A stretch of 64,000 nt of DNA from Methanocellales archaeon (lineage in GTDB: Archaea > Halobacteriota > JAWCLZ01), in contig JAWCLZ010000004.1 of the NCBI GenBank assembly GCA_038850275.1, forward strand, positions 31,946-95,945. Direction: 5' to 3'. A program made the position numbers and the translations under genes. Positions 50,465 through 59,654 of this stretch are shown here, piece by piece. How positions within the stretch are numbered: position 1 is the stretch's first letter; the number at the start of each line of letters is the position of its first letter. The notes under the pieces were generated by a model that was not told the DNA's origin, did not search any database, and saw only the letters and a list, made by a program, of their open reading frames with translations.

Positions 50465-50608
50465 TTATTCCTCTTTCTCGAATCCACACGTAGTGCATTT
50501 ATATATGGTTACCTGCTGTTGATAAGGCTTTATCTTGCCATATGCATCTGCCATTTTATATCGCCATGGAACCATCTTCCCGTTGCACTCAGGACAGAAC
50601 TTTTCCAT
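50465..50608 (-). CDS. Zinc-ribbon microprotein
   Basis: CPECNGKM...YKCTTCGF; GGGGGAG SD; start moved to ATG 50608. Confidence 0.65.
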   Translation of the reverse strand: MEKFCPECNGKMVPWRYKMADAYGKIKPYQQQVTIYKCTTCGFEKEE

Positions 50609-50618
50609 ATAACTCCCC

Positions 50619-52439
50619 TCATCCCACGAATTTTGAATATATTTCTTCACCTGCTTCAATTATATCTTGAATTTCATCCGAAATAGTTGAACCCTTACTG
50701 ATCTTTATCTCACCCGCTCTACCTATTGTTGCTGTGAAAAGATAATTTTCACCTGCATATATCTCCACGGTATCGCCAGGGGAGCCTTTGACCTTTAAAA
50801 TTATATGCTTATCGGTTATTTCCACTTTAACAGGAAGTTTCTCCCCAAGTGTTTTCTCCCTCTTCTCCAAAATACTTCGAACATCTATACTTATTCCCAG
50901 TGCCTTTTCTATCTTCTCAATAGTTTTACCACCCTTTCCTAAAACTCGCGGGATATCCTCCTCTTCAAGATAAACTATTGCTTTTGAATCAGATTTCATT
51001 TCCACTTCCACCTGCCCCTCAGCATATCTTCCAACTTCCTTTTGAATACCCCGCTCCACAAGTCTCCAAGTGGGTTTCTTTTTTACCCTTTCCCTCCCAA
51101 CCTGCATTACAACCACTTGCTCTCCAAAGGAATAAACCTCGAATTCAAGTTCGTTGGTTTCATAATCAATTACTTCTATAACTGGTCTAGCGAGATCTGC
51201 CTCAACCATGCCACTGGGAACTTTAACAGTGAATTTAATATCATAAACTTTCTTAATCTCCCCTGCTTCCACGAATACAATGGTATCAACGATCTGAGGA
51301 ATCATACCTAATTCTACTCTTCCAATTAATCTCTGCAGGGCATCAATTGCTCTAGTGGCATGCACCACTCCCACCATTCCCACTCCAGCTAGCCGTAGAT
51401 CAGCAAAAATCTTGAAGTCCTCGGTTTTGCGAAGTTCATCGAATATGGTATAATCTGGCCTGACCAAGAGCAATATATCAGCGGTGTTCGCCATGCTGTT
51501 TTCAAGAGCGGTATATTGAGTGATTTCCTCGCTAACCTGCAGGTCTCGAGGTTTTTCCATGGTTTTGACTACAAATTCGTGTTCCTGCAGATATTGAGCG
51601 ATTCCAGCAGCAAGCGTTGACTTACCAGCACCTGGTGGACCAGCAATTAATATGCCTCGCTGTTTTTCAAGGATGCGCTTTTTCAATTCATGACTCATTC
51701 TATAGTCATCTAAGCTTAAATTCACAATTGGGCGGACCGCTGTTATTTCTAAACCATCTGAGAAAGGCGGCCTTGCAATAGCTATTCTCATAGGCCCAAG
51801 TTGAATAATAGTTGCCCCTTCTTTCTCAATTTCAATAAAGCCATTTGGATCTCGCTTTGCCCTCTCAATAATTTCATGAGCTAGTTCTCGCATCTCCCGC
51901 TCGGTCATTGGTCGATCTCTAAGTTTAACTAAACGCAGTTTCCCAACTGCCCCTCTCTTTGCCATTGGAATTGCTCTTTCCTTCAAGTGAACCGAAAGGG
52001 TATCATTGGTGAAGAATTCTTCAAGTCTGAGTTTATCCAGTGGTTCTTTAACTGGAGATAGATAGATCACATCAATGCCCTTGGCTCTAGCTACCTCTGC
52101 TTGAACTACATCGCTTGTTACGAATGTAGCGCCAGCTTCCAAGGCGATATTCCTAATCATTGCATCAATCGCGCCTCTAGATGCCAACCTTATTTGCTCA
52201 AGCGTTGGTCTATCACCAGCGAATCTCATGGTAATTTTTCCCTCCTTAGCCATTTCACTGAGTTTTTTTAATTCATTGAGCCCGCTGAATCCTGTTTCCC
52301 TGCCTTGATTAGCCTGAGCCTCAAGCTCTGCTATAACAGCCTCAGGTATGATTATCTCTGCACCTACGAATTCACCGCTTTCAATTTTAGCGGTTATTCT
52401 ACCATCTATTATCACGCTTGTATCTGGAACCACCTTCAA
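50619..52439 (-). CDS. PINA: PIN domain, VirB11-like ATPase and KH domain (branch-migration ATPase)
   Basis: VVPDTSVIIDG PIN, GPPGAGKST, LLVRPDYTIFDELR, VLGKGG KH motif. Confidence 0.93.
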   Translation of the reverse strand: MKVVPDTSVIIDGRITAKIESGEFVGAEIIIPEAVIAELEAQANQGRETGFSGLNELKKLSEMAKEGKITMRFAGDRPTLEQIRLASRGAIDAMIRNIALEAGATFVTSDVVQAEVARAKGIDVIYLSPVKEPLDKLRLEEFFTNDTLSVHLKERAIPMAKRGAVGKLRLVKLRDRPMTEREMRELAHEIIERAKRDPNGFIEIEKEGATIIQLGPMRIAIARPPFSDGLEITAVRPIVNLSLDDYRMSHELKKRILEKQRGILIAGPPGAGKSTLAAGIAQYLQEHEFVVKTMEKPRDLQVSEEITQYTALENSMANTADILLLVRPDYTIFDELRKTEDFKIFADLRLAGVGMVGVVHATRAIDALQRLIGRVELGMIPQIVDTIVFVEAGEIKKVYDIKFTVKVPSGMVEADLARPVIEVIDYETNELEFEVYSFGEQVVVMQVGRERVKKKPTWRLVERGIQKEVGRYAEGQVEVEMKSDSKAIVYLEEEDIPRVLGKGGKTIEKIEKALGISIDVRSILEKREKTLGEKLPVKVEITDKHIILKVKGSPGDTVEIYAGENYLFTATIGRAGEIKISKGSTISDEIQDIIEAGEEIYSKFVG

Positions 52440-52443
52440 ATTC

Positions 52444-52848
52444 TCACTTCCTAATCAGTTTTTCAATTGAACTCAAATGCCTCGAAGTTCTTACTGCTTC
52501 ACTGCTTATCTCAAGAAGCTTTGATTTCTCTATTACATAGTGCCTTATCTTTAAATTTGGAAATAATTTCCGCAGGTCTTCAAGTGCAAAGTGCAACTGC
52601 AGGCAGTGGGGAGAGCCATCCACTGTTAACACTGCAATACTTTTTATTTCATTTTCTCTTGCTATCATAGCTATCTTCCAAGCAGCTTGCTCCACGTGGA
52701 ATTTCTCAAGGCAGATATGAAGCTTTATATCACTTTTGAATTCCTCAAGAATTTCAGGATATTCGATTGCAGTGCAGCTACCGAATATGAGTATTTCTTC
52801 ACTTATATATCTAGACTTTACATGCGTGCTGAGTAATTCACCCATCAT
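52444..52848 (-). CDS. Hypothetical protein with GSC / CLE / SPHC Cys motifs
   Basis: Resembles the C-terminal domain found in some ferredoxin-fused Fe-S proteins. Confidence 0.55.
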   Translation of the reverse strand: MMGELLSTHVKSRYISEEILIFGSCTAIEYPEILEEFKSDIKLHICLEKFHVEQAAWKIAMIARENEIKSIAVLTVDGSPHCLQLHFALEDLRKLFPNLKIRHYVIEKSKLLEISSEAVRTSRHLSSIEKLIRK

Positions 52849-52860
52849 GAAAATTTTGTC

Positions 52861-53643
52861 CTAAAGCACTCTAGTGGTGGTTTCGAGTTCTATGCCCCTG
52901 GGAGTTATATGGTAGATAAAAGTCTTATTGGGGATAAACATCCCCCTCATCTTTCGAATCACAACTTGCCTTTCCAATTCGCTTCCTCGCTCGCGAATTA
53001 TGAATTCAATTACTCCATCAGCCATGTGTTTCATAGTATTCTCAATCAGTGAGTCGTGCATGCCACGCGTCATGAGGAATAACCTTGTACCTCTAGTAAC
53101 CTTGCACATTGACATCACTGACTCCATTACTTTAGTTACATCTTCGAGGTTATATTTAGTTAGGAAAAAAGAAAGAGAATCAATTACTCCTCTATACTCA
53201 GTTGTGCATTCATCCACCATTACAGATTTTAATAGACTTAGAGCGTCTGCACCAGATCTAAGATATTCCTTTGCATCCTGCTTTTTGATCAAAGACTTAG
53301 GCATTATATGTATGAATCTCGGAGTATACGCATCGATGAATTTTATCTTCCCAGCTTCCTCAAATGGAGCTGTATCCCAGCCGAAGCGCAGCATTTCTTT
53401 TTTAATTTCCTCTATGGGTCTCTCTGTCGAGAAATAACTTATCTCTTCTCCGCTCTGCAGTCCCCCCATTATGAATTGCTCAGCAAAAGTTTCAGAGCCT
53501 CCACCTGGTTCAGCTAGAAGTAAGAGAGAAGTGCCATAAGGTATCCCCCCTCCGAGAAGTGAATCAAGTCCTCTCACGCCAGTTGTAGCTAAATCTTTTC
53601 TGACTGTTACATCAAATTTCATACCATCACCAAACATTATCAT
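52861..53643 (-). CDS. KaiC/RAD55-like ATPase with degenerate Walker A
   Basis: TTGVRGLDSLLGGG, P-loop AEPGGGSET (no Lys), IDSLS, ADGVIEF, IRKMRG. Confidence 0.85.
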   Translation of the reverse strand: MIMFGDGMKFDVTVRKDLATTGVRGLDSLLGGGIPYGTSLLLLAEPGGGSETFAEQFIMGGLQSGEEISYFSTERPIEEIKKEMLRFGWDTAPFEEAGKIKFIDAYTPRFIHIMPKSLIKKQDAKEYLRSGADALSLLKSVMVDECTTEYRGVIDSLSFFLTKYNLEDVTKVMESVMSMCKVTRGTRLFLMTRGMHDSLIENTMKHMADGVIEFIIRERGSELERQVVIRKMRGMFIPNKTFIYHITPRGIELETTTRVL

Positions 53644-53748
53644 ATTATTAAGTTTATATATTTTTAAGTTTTGATGGTTTTATCCAAAGATCAAGAAGCC
53701 GATGATTGTCCAAAGATTAAGAAGCTGATGATATGATTTCCATATACT

Positions 53749-54591
53749 CTATTTTTTCACTTTTTCAATCATCAACTTAGCTACTTTTTCATACGCCTTT
53801 GGAAATAGTTCTAAATCAGGTACATCGATTAATTCAAGTACATATAATCGATTTTCATAGTCAAGCAAGAGATCCAAAGCGCAGACCTCGGCATCCACAG
53901 CATTGGATGCTTTATGGATCATTTCCTTCAAATCATCCCTTGGCTTGAAAAACTGATGAGACCTCAAAAGCTCATTTGACTTCCAAGTCCAACCCTTCCT
54001 AGTTAATCCAATAATATCCTCACCTATCTTAAGCAGCCTTATATCTTCATATACATTTACATATGGCTCCACTGCGATGTACTGCTCCATGGTTCTAATT
54101 ACACTTCTCAAATCCATCCACTGGCGCTCGTCTTCAACTAGAAATTTATTCAACCCAGCATGATAGCTTCCAATTTTCACTACGCATGGTAGAAAAGGTG
54201 GAGATTGAGGGAGCATGCGAGCACTAGAATATATCTCCATTGGGATAAGAGGCAGTCCTGCTTTTTTCAAAGCAGAGAGTATAAGTAATTTATCATAGCA
54301 TTGAATCGAGCAAGCTGCGCTATTGAGCATGGGAATGCTGCATAGATTAAGCGTGTAGAGCGTTTGAAGATGATATTTAAAAGGCTGGATATTGCCAATC
54401 CTCCAGAGAATGCCGTCGAATTCAAATGATCCCTCGCTGTCAATTAAGATCTCGTGCTTATCATCAATGGTTTTAATTACCTCTGTTTCCTCGAACATAA
54501 CTTGCTTTGCATCAACACCAAGCGACTTAAAAACAGGTATCCAGTTTTGCTCCCTTCCAGCATAAACCAATATATTCATAGGCCTCGTCAT
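53749..54591 (-). CDS. RimK-like ATP-grasp ligase
   Basis: N..CYDKLL, PCVVK.GS.HAG, EPYV, DIR, ALDLL..YVLE. Confidence 0.75.
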   Translation of the reverse strand: MTRPMNILVYAGREQNWIPVFKSLGVDAKQVMFEETEVIKTIDDKHEILIDSEGSFEFDGILWRIGNIQPFKYHLQTLYTLNLCSIPMLNSAACSIQCYDKLLILSALKKAGLPLIPMEIYSSARMLPQSPPFLPCVVKIGSYHAGLNKFLVEDERQWMDLRSVIRTMEQYIAVEPYVNVYEDIRLLKIGEDIIGLTRKGWTWKSNELLRSHQFFKPRDDLKEMIHKASNAVDAEVCALDLLLDYENRLYVLELIDVPDLELFPKAYEKVAKLMIEKVKK

Positions 54592-54662
54592 AAGCTTATT
54601 TAAACAATCTTATATATTGTTTGGGCTTTTTAAATTCATTTGCAGGAATAAGATGAAATAAG

Positions 54663-55475
54663 ATGAAAAGCGCGCTCACAAGTTTTCTATCATTACCAGA
54701 GGAAGAACTAAAGCTACTTCCCAAGAGCTGGCAGGTGCTTGGGAGCATCGTAGTTGTTAAAATACCAAGGGAACTTGAGCATAGGAAAAAAGAAATTGGA
54801 GAGGCATTTCTAAAGCTATATCCAAGATGCAAAACAGTATTAAACGATAAAGGAGTAAGAGGACAGCTTAGGGAGCCAGACATTGAAATAATAATTGGGA
54901 GTAAAACTGAAACTATACACATTGAAAATAAATGCAAATTTAAACTCGATGCAGCTAAGTTGATCTTCTCCCCAGGTAATTTGACTGAGCGCTTGCGAAT
55001 GTCAAAGCTAGGCAGAGGCGAGGTGGTTGTTGATATGTTCGCAGGCATAGGGTATTTTTCGATACCAATGGCAGTGCATTCCCAACCTAAGAAAATTTAT
55101 GCAATTGAACTAAATCCAGTTGCTTTTCACTATTTGAAACAAAATATCGTGTTGAATAAAGTTGAGGCAATAGTTGAACCCATATTTGGCAATTGCTTGG
55201 AAGTCACTCCTAAGAATATAGCTGATCGAGTCATAATGGGCTATGTGCACGAGACCCATGTTTATTTAAAAGCAGCTATAGAAGCGCTTAATAAAAAAGG
55301 GATTATACACTATCACGAAGCAGTACCGGAGGTGCTTATGAAAACAAGGCCAAGGGAAAGAATAAAGCAAGCTGCTGAAGCACTTGGGAAAAAAGCTGAG
55401 TTCATAGAGCAAAGGAAGATCAAAAAATATTCACCAGGGGTATGGCATGTTGTCGTGGATGCATTTATATATTGA
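54663..55475 (+). CDS. Trm5/Taw2 (Met-10+)-family tRNA-modifying SAM-dependent transferase
   Basis: TIHIEN.C.FKLDAAK..FSPGN..ER, DMFAGIGYF, ELNP, ADRVIMG, IIHYHE. Confidence 0.88.
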   Translation: MKSALTSFLSLPEEELKLLPKSWQVLGSIVVVKIPRELEHRKKEIGEAFLKLYPRCKTVLNDKGVRGQLREPDIEIIIGSKTETIHIENKCKFKLDAAKLIFSPGNLTERLRMSKLGRGEVVVDMFAGIGYFSIPMAVHSQPKKIYAIELNPVAFHYLKQNIVLNKVEAIVEPIFGNCLEVTPKNIADRVIMGYVHETHVYLKAAIEALNKKGIIHYHEAVPEVLMKTRPRERIKQAAEALGKKAEFIEQRKIKKYSPGVWHVVVDAFIY

Positions 55476-55612
55476 ATTTAATTATCCAATCCACGAGATC
55501 TGCTTTCATCCCAACTAATATATCCATTGCATTTTTCTAGCAAAGTTAAGGTTTTCGCAAATGCCTATCTTAAGTTATTTATTTCTTAAATGACCTTCTT
55601 TTACTGAGTGCA

Positions 55613-56527
55613 ATGAATCTCAAGTTAAAGATATCGCTTTTCCTAATCCTAGCTCTAGCTGCATCAAGCAAGGCTCAACTTAGCACTAGCGAGAAACCCA
55701 CGCTTTATAAAATCGAGCTCTCTAAAGATGGCTCTGTCATCTGGACAGTGGAAACCAGAGTAAAGCTAGAGTCACAGTTGGATATCGAAGCCTTTAATGC
55801 ATATAAAGCGCAGTTTGAGGCAAATAAAAGCGCGAATCTAGCGAATTTCTCAAATCGCATAATAAGCATAGTTAATGAAGCTTCAATCGCAACTGGACGA
55901 GCGATGGCTGCTAGGGATTTTGATGTTATCTTGAGCACTGTTAATACTCCAACTGGTACATATGGCATCGTGAGCTATAGATTCATTTGGACGAATTTCG
56001 CCAAGATTGAAGGCAATGCCCTAGAAATTGGTGATGTCTTCACGGGTGGATTATACCTAGCTAGAGAAGAAGCCCTTGCAATCACCTTGCCCCCTGGGCT
56101 TGAAGTAAAAACCGCAGTGCCTAAGCCAGATGAAATCAAGGATTCCACGCTGATTTATTATGGAATGCGGTCTTTCTCAAATGGAGAACCAAGGGTTTCA
56201 CTTCAGCAAGCTATTTCAATGGATTACTATGTTTTGGGCGCGATGATTATTATCTTTGCAATAACTGGGGGAGTACTGCTTTACAAGGCAAGAAGGAGAG
56301 GAATAGAAGCAGACGAGGTTGAGATTGAACACGTGGCTGAGAGCGATGAGGATTTGATATTGAATCTACTTGAAAGAGCCGGAGGAGAAATGTTTCAATC
56401 GGAAATCGTTGAAAAAACTCGTTTTTCCAAATCAAAAGTAAGCGCTATATTAAACGATTTAAAGGCAAAGGGATTGATATTGAAGATAAAAAAGGGGAGG
56501 GAGAATTTAATAAGAAGGGTGAAATAA
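55613..56527 (+). CDS. Membrane-anchored protein: signal peptide, extracellular domain, TM helix and C-terminal winged HTH
   Basis: N-terminal signal; TM YYVLGAMIIIFAITGGVLLY; GGEMFQSEIVEKTRFSKSKVS.IL..L..KGLI...K.GRENLI. Confidence 0.8.
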   Translation: MNLKLKISLFLILALAASSKAQLSTSEKPTLYKIELSKDGSVIWTVETRVKLESQLDIEAFNAYKAQFEANKSANLANFSNRIISIVNEASIATGRAMAARDFDVILSTVNTPTGTYGIVSYRFIWTNFAKIEGNALEIGDVFTGGLYLAREEALAITLPPGLEVKTAVPKPDEIKDSTLIYYGMRSFSNGEPRVSLQQAISMDYYVLGAMIIIFAITGGVLLYKARRRGIEADEVEIEHVAESDEDLILNLLERAGGEMFQSEIVEKTRFSKSKVSAILNDLKAKGLILKIKKGRENLIRRVK

Positions 56528-56721
56528 ATCATGAAAATCTTTCTTCAATTGTTTACAATGTTATCTATTTTGATGACATACAATGATTTAAGAGAGATGA
56601 AGTTCAATGTTTAAATGCCCTCCATTCCCCTTACAGCGCCAGTTAACTCTTTTTTTATCTGGCGCTACAACTTCTATTTGGAAATTGCTTTATATAGGAG
56701 GTTAAATAAAATGAAACAAGC

Positions 56722-56973
56722 ATGCAAATTAGCGGCTGTGGATTTGCCTGTGGGGAGTGCATTTTGCTGAAGGAAGGAACCTGCTCTGGATGCTTCATTG
56801 GGAGCACCATAGCTAAGGACTGCAAGATCATTAAATGCCTTGCTAAGAAGAAGCTTACCTCTTGCTTGAAATGCGATGAGCGTTTAACTTTTGAAAGCCG
56901 AGTGTGCCCAACTTATAAAGATGGCATTCGACACTGCCCAATTAGACTCTGCATTTTAAGTGCAGTAGAATAA
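56722..56973 (+). CDS. Cys-rich small protein (DUF3795-like, 12 Cys)
   Basis: CGFACGEC, CSGC, C.I.KC, CLKC pattern. Confidence 0.6.
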   Translation: MQISGCGFACGECILLKEGTCSGCFIGSTIAKDCKIIKCLAKKKLTSCLKCDERLTFESRVCPTYKDGIRHCPIRLCILSAVE

Positions 56974-56974
56974 A

Positions 56975-57607
56975 TTAAAGGCATTTTAGTATCCTAGTTG
57001 GAGTTACTATATGAGTAATTTTAACATCGTGCTCTTCCACTAGTTCAGAGATATCCTCAATGATTTGTATATCGTGAACCGTTGTTACTATGGGTGTGTT
57101 TTCATCTATGCATCCCTCTTGCTTAAGCTGTGTGATCTCTCTATCGCCATATCCTCCTCCCTTGCCAATTCTATTGCCTTTAATATCCACAGCTACACTC
57201 CCAGTTATAACCAAATCTACTTTAGGGAGTTTAACAGCATTCTTTCCGTATTTAAATGCGCCTTTTATGGTAGAGGCAAATTTCTCTCTACCTTTAACAT
57301 CTTCTGGCTTTAAAATCAAATAACCTTCTTTCAATCTAGGTGTTGCCATTAAAAGTGTTTTTCCATCTTTTAAAGCGAATTCCCGGCAATATTTTTGAGC
57401 ATAATCTGGACTTGAGAATACAACTTTACTTTTCTTCCATATCTCAGTTTCCCTCAACCTTTGCGATGCTTGAAGCGCTCCTTTAAAATTTGGAATTCGT
57501 CCAGAGACAGGGAGGGGAAAATCTGCTATCCCCGAGCTCTCCATTAAACTCCAGATTCTATTTCTTATTTGCTCTTTATTTTTGATCTGATCTTTATCAT
57601 TTATCAT
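56975..57607 (-). CDS. 5-formyltetrahydrofolate cyclo-ligase family protein
   Basis: GRIPNFKGA, ATPRLKEG, DLVITGSVAVD..GNRIGKGGGYGD. Confidence 0.9.
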   Translation of the reverse strand: MINDKDQIKNKEQIRNRIWSLMESSGIADFPLPVSGRIPNFKGALQASQRLRETEIWKKSKVVFSSPDYAQKYCREFALKDGKTLLMATPRLKEGYLILKPEDVKGREKFASTIKGAFKYGKNAVKLPKVDLVITGSVAVDIKGNRIGKGGGYGDREITQLKQEGCIDENTPIVTTVHDIQIIEDISELVEEHDVKITHIVTPTRILKCL

Positions 57608-57749
57608 AAAAATATAACTACTCCCAAAAACTTATGTGGTAGTAAATTATTAATTTTAGCTTTAATTCAAAATTAAATCAAAATAAAATAAATTAAAATC
57701 ATTAATCCTTACAAAAAAAGAAAAACTATAAAACTAATGGGGTGATAAC

Positions 57750-57950
57750 ATGGGAAATATCCGTCCGACATATATAAAAAGCCTAGCGGAGGAGCTGCTG
57801 CGAACATATCCCAATGAATTCACAGTCGACTTTGAAACAAATAAATTGAAAATAGCAGCGTTAACTAACATTAAGGGAAAAGCACTTCGAAACCGCTTGG
57901 CTGGATATGTAACTCGAAGATTAAAAATCGCAAGTAAAAAGAAGAAGTGA
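57750..57950 (+). CDS. rps17e: 30S ribosomal protein S17e
   Basis: MGNIRP..IK, FT.DFETNK, LRNRLAGYVT. Confidence 0.96.
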   Translation: MGNIRPTYIKSLAEELLRTYPNEFTVDFETNKLKIAALTNIKGKALRNRLAGYVTRRLKIASKKKK

Positions 57951-57963
57951 GGAAAGATAGGTT

Positions 57964-58845
57964 ATGTTTGAAGGAGTTATACCAGCATTGGTTACGCCTT
58001 TTACAAAAGATAATAAGATAGATGAAGATGGGCTGAGAAGGAATATCGAATTCGTAATAAAAGGAGGGGTATCAGCCATCGTTCCCTGCGGTACAACTGG
58101 GGAAGCAGCGACTCTCTCTTATGAAGAGCACAAAAGGGTAATAGATATAGCCATAGATGCATCGAAGGTACCTGTAATTGCCGGCACTGGATCAAATAGC
58201 ACAGCTGAAGCAATCGAGCTTACAAGATATGCGGATAAAGCAGGGGCTGATGCTTGCTTGGTGATCTCGCCATATTACAATAAGCCAAATCCCACTGGGC
58301 TTGAAATGCACTATCGAGAACTCCACAAGGTAACAGATCTGCCAATAATATTATACAATGTTCCTGGGCGAACAGGTAGAAATGTGACCCCTGCTGAAGT
58401 GGCAAAGCTTGCTAAAGAAGGAATTATAGCAGGGGTGAAGGAGGCAAGTGGTGATATATCTCAAATCTCCGAGGTCATTAGGCTAACGCGAGATATAAAA
58501 GGCTTCTCAATCCTCTCCGGGGATGATAAACTAACACTGCCAACTTTAGCGCTCGGAGGCCATGGGGTGATTTCTGTTGCAGCAAATCTGGTTCCAGAGT
58601 ATATGTGCGCGATGTACAATGCTTTTAAGAAAGGGGATTTGAAAAAAGCTCAGGATATTCACTTCAAGCTCTCTCCTCTATTTAGAGATCTCTTCATTGA
58701 AACAAATCCAATTCCAATTAAAACAGCTATGAACTGGAAGGGCCTTGCCGCAGGCAATGTACGCCTTCCTCTCGGGCCAATGAGCAAGGAGAATGAAGCT
58801 ATTTTGAGAAAAACAATTGAAACATTGGGTGAATATCGTGATTAA
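57964..58845 (+). CDS. dapA: 4-hydroxy-tetrahydrodipicolinate synthase
   Basis: GTTGE, PYYNKP, YNVPGRTG, GVKEASG, SGDD, ETNPIPIK. Confidence 0.96.
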   Translation: MFEGVIPALVTPFTKDNKIDEDGLRRNIEFVIKGGVSAIVPCGTTGEAATLSYEEHKRVIDIAIDASKVPVIAGTGSNSTAEAIELTRYADKAGADACLVISPYYNKPNPTGLEMHYRELHKVTDLPIILYNVPGRTGRNVTPAEVAKLAKEGIIAGVKEASGDISQISEVIRLTRDIKGFSILSGDDKLTLPTLALGGHGVISVAANLVPEYMCAMYNAFKKGDLKKAQDIHFKLSPLFRDLFIETNPIPIKTAMNWKGLAAGNVRLPLGPMSKENEAILRKTIETLGEYRD

Positions 58846-59605
58846 AGTAGCAGTCACAGGTGCTGCTGGGAGAATGGGGAGTTTAATCATAGATAACGTC
58901 CTTAAAGCCAGCGATATGAAACTCGTTGGAGCCTTTGACATAAGGAGCATAGGAAAGCAAGTTGGCGATGTTAAAATTATGGATGTGAAGCACCTAGATA
59001 GTGCATTGAAGGAATTAAAACCAGATGTACTCATTGATTTCACAGTTGCAAGTGGAGCTGTTGAGAATGTGAAGACTGCTGCTAGAAATAAGGTTAACTT
59101 AGTGGTTGGAACCACTGGGTTTACGGATGAACAAAGGAGGGAGATGGAGCAAGCGATTGGAAAAAATGTGGCAGCTGTGATCTCCTCTAATTTCTCGGTT
59201 GGAGTAAATGTATTCTGGAAGATACTGGAATTCGCAGCTAGCTATTTAAAGGACTTCGATATTGAGATCTTGGAAGCTCATCATAGATTTAAAAAAGATG
59301 CTCCAAGTGGTACCGCGAAAACCTCAGCTGAGGTAATTTTAAAAGCACTTAAAAAAGAACTAGTGCTCACATATGGAAGAGAGGGATTGAGAGAGCGTGG
59401 GGCAGAGATAGGTATCCACGCGATCAGAGCTGGGGATATAGTGGGTGAGCATACAGTGCTATTTGCAGGAGATGGCGAGCGAATAGAAATCACCCATAGG
59501 GCTCATTCTAGGCAGGCATTCGCAAGTGGTGCTATAAAAGCAGCTAGATGGGTTGTTACAGCTGAAAAGGGATTGCATAGCTATTCCGAGGTACTTGGAT
59601 TATAA
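58838..59605 (+). CDS. dapB: 4-hydroxy-tetrahydrodipicolinate reductase
   Basis: GAAGRMG, IDFT, VGTTG, NFSVG, EAHHRFKKDAPSGTA; GTG start 58838. Confidence 0.96.
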   Translation: MIKVAVTGAAGRMGSLIIDNVLKASDMKLVGAFDIRSIGKQVGDVKIMDVKHLDSALKELKPDVLIDFTVASGAVENVKTAARNKVNLVVGTTGFTDEQRREMEQAIGKNVAAVISSNFSVGVNVFWKILEFAASYLKDFDIEILEAHHRFKKDAPSGTAKTSAEVILKALKKELVLTYGREGLRERGAEIGIHAIRAGDIVGEHTVLFAGDGERIEITHRAHSRQAFASGAIKAARWVVTAEKGLHSYSEVLGL

Positions 59606-59654
59606 AAAGCACTTTTTTAGATTTTTAGACTTTTTTTAACTGGAGCTAAATAAA

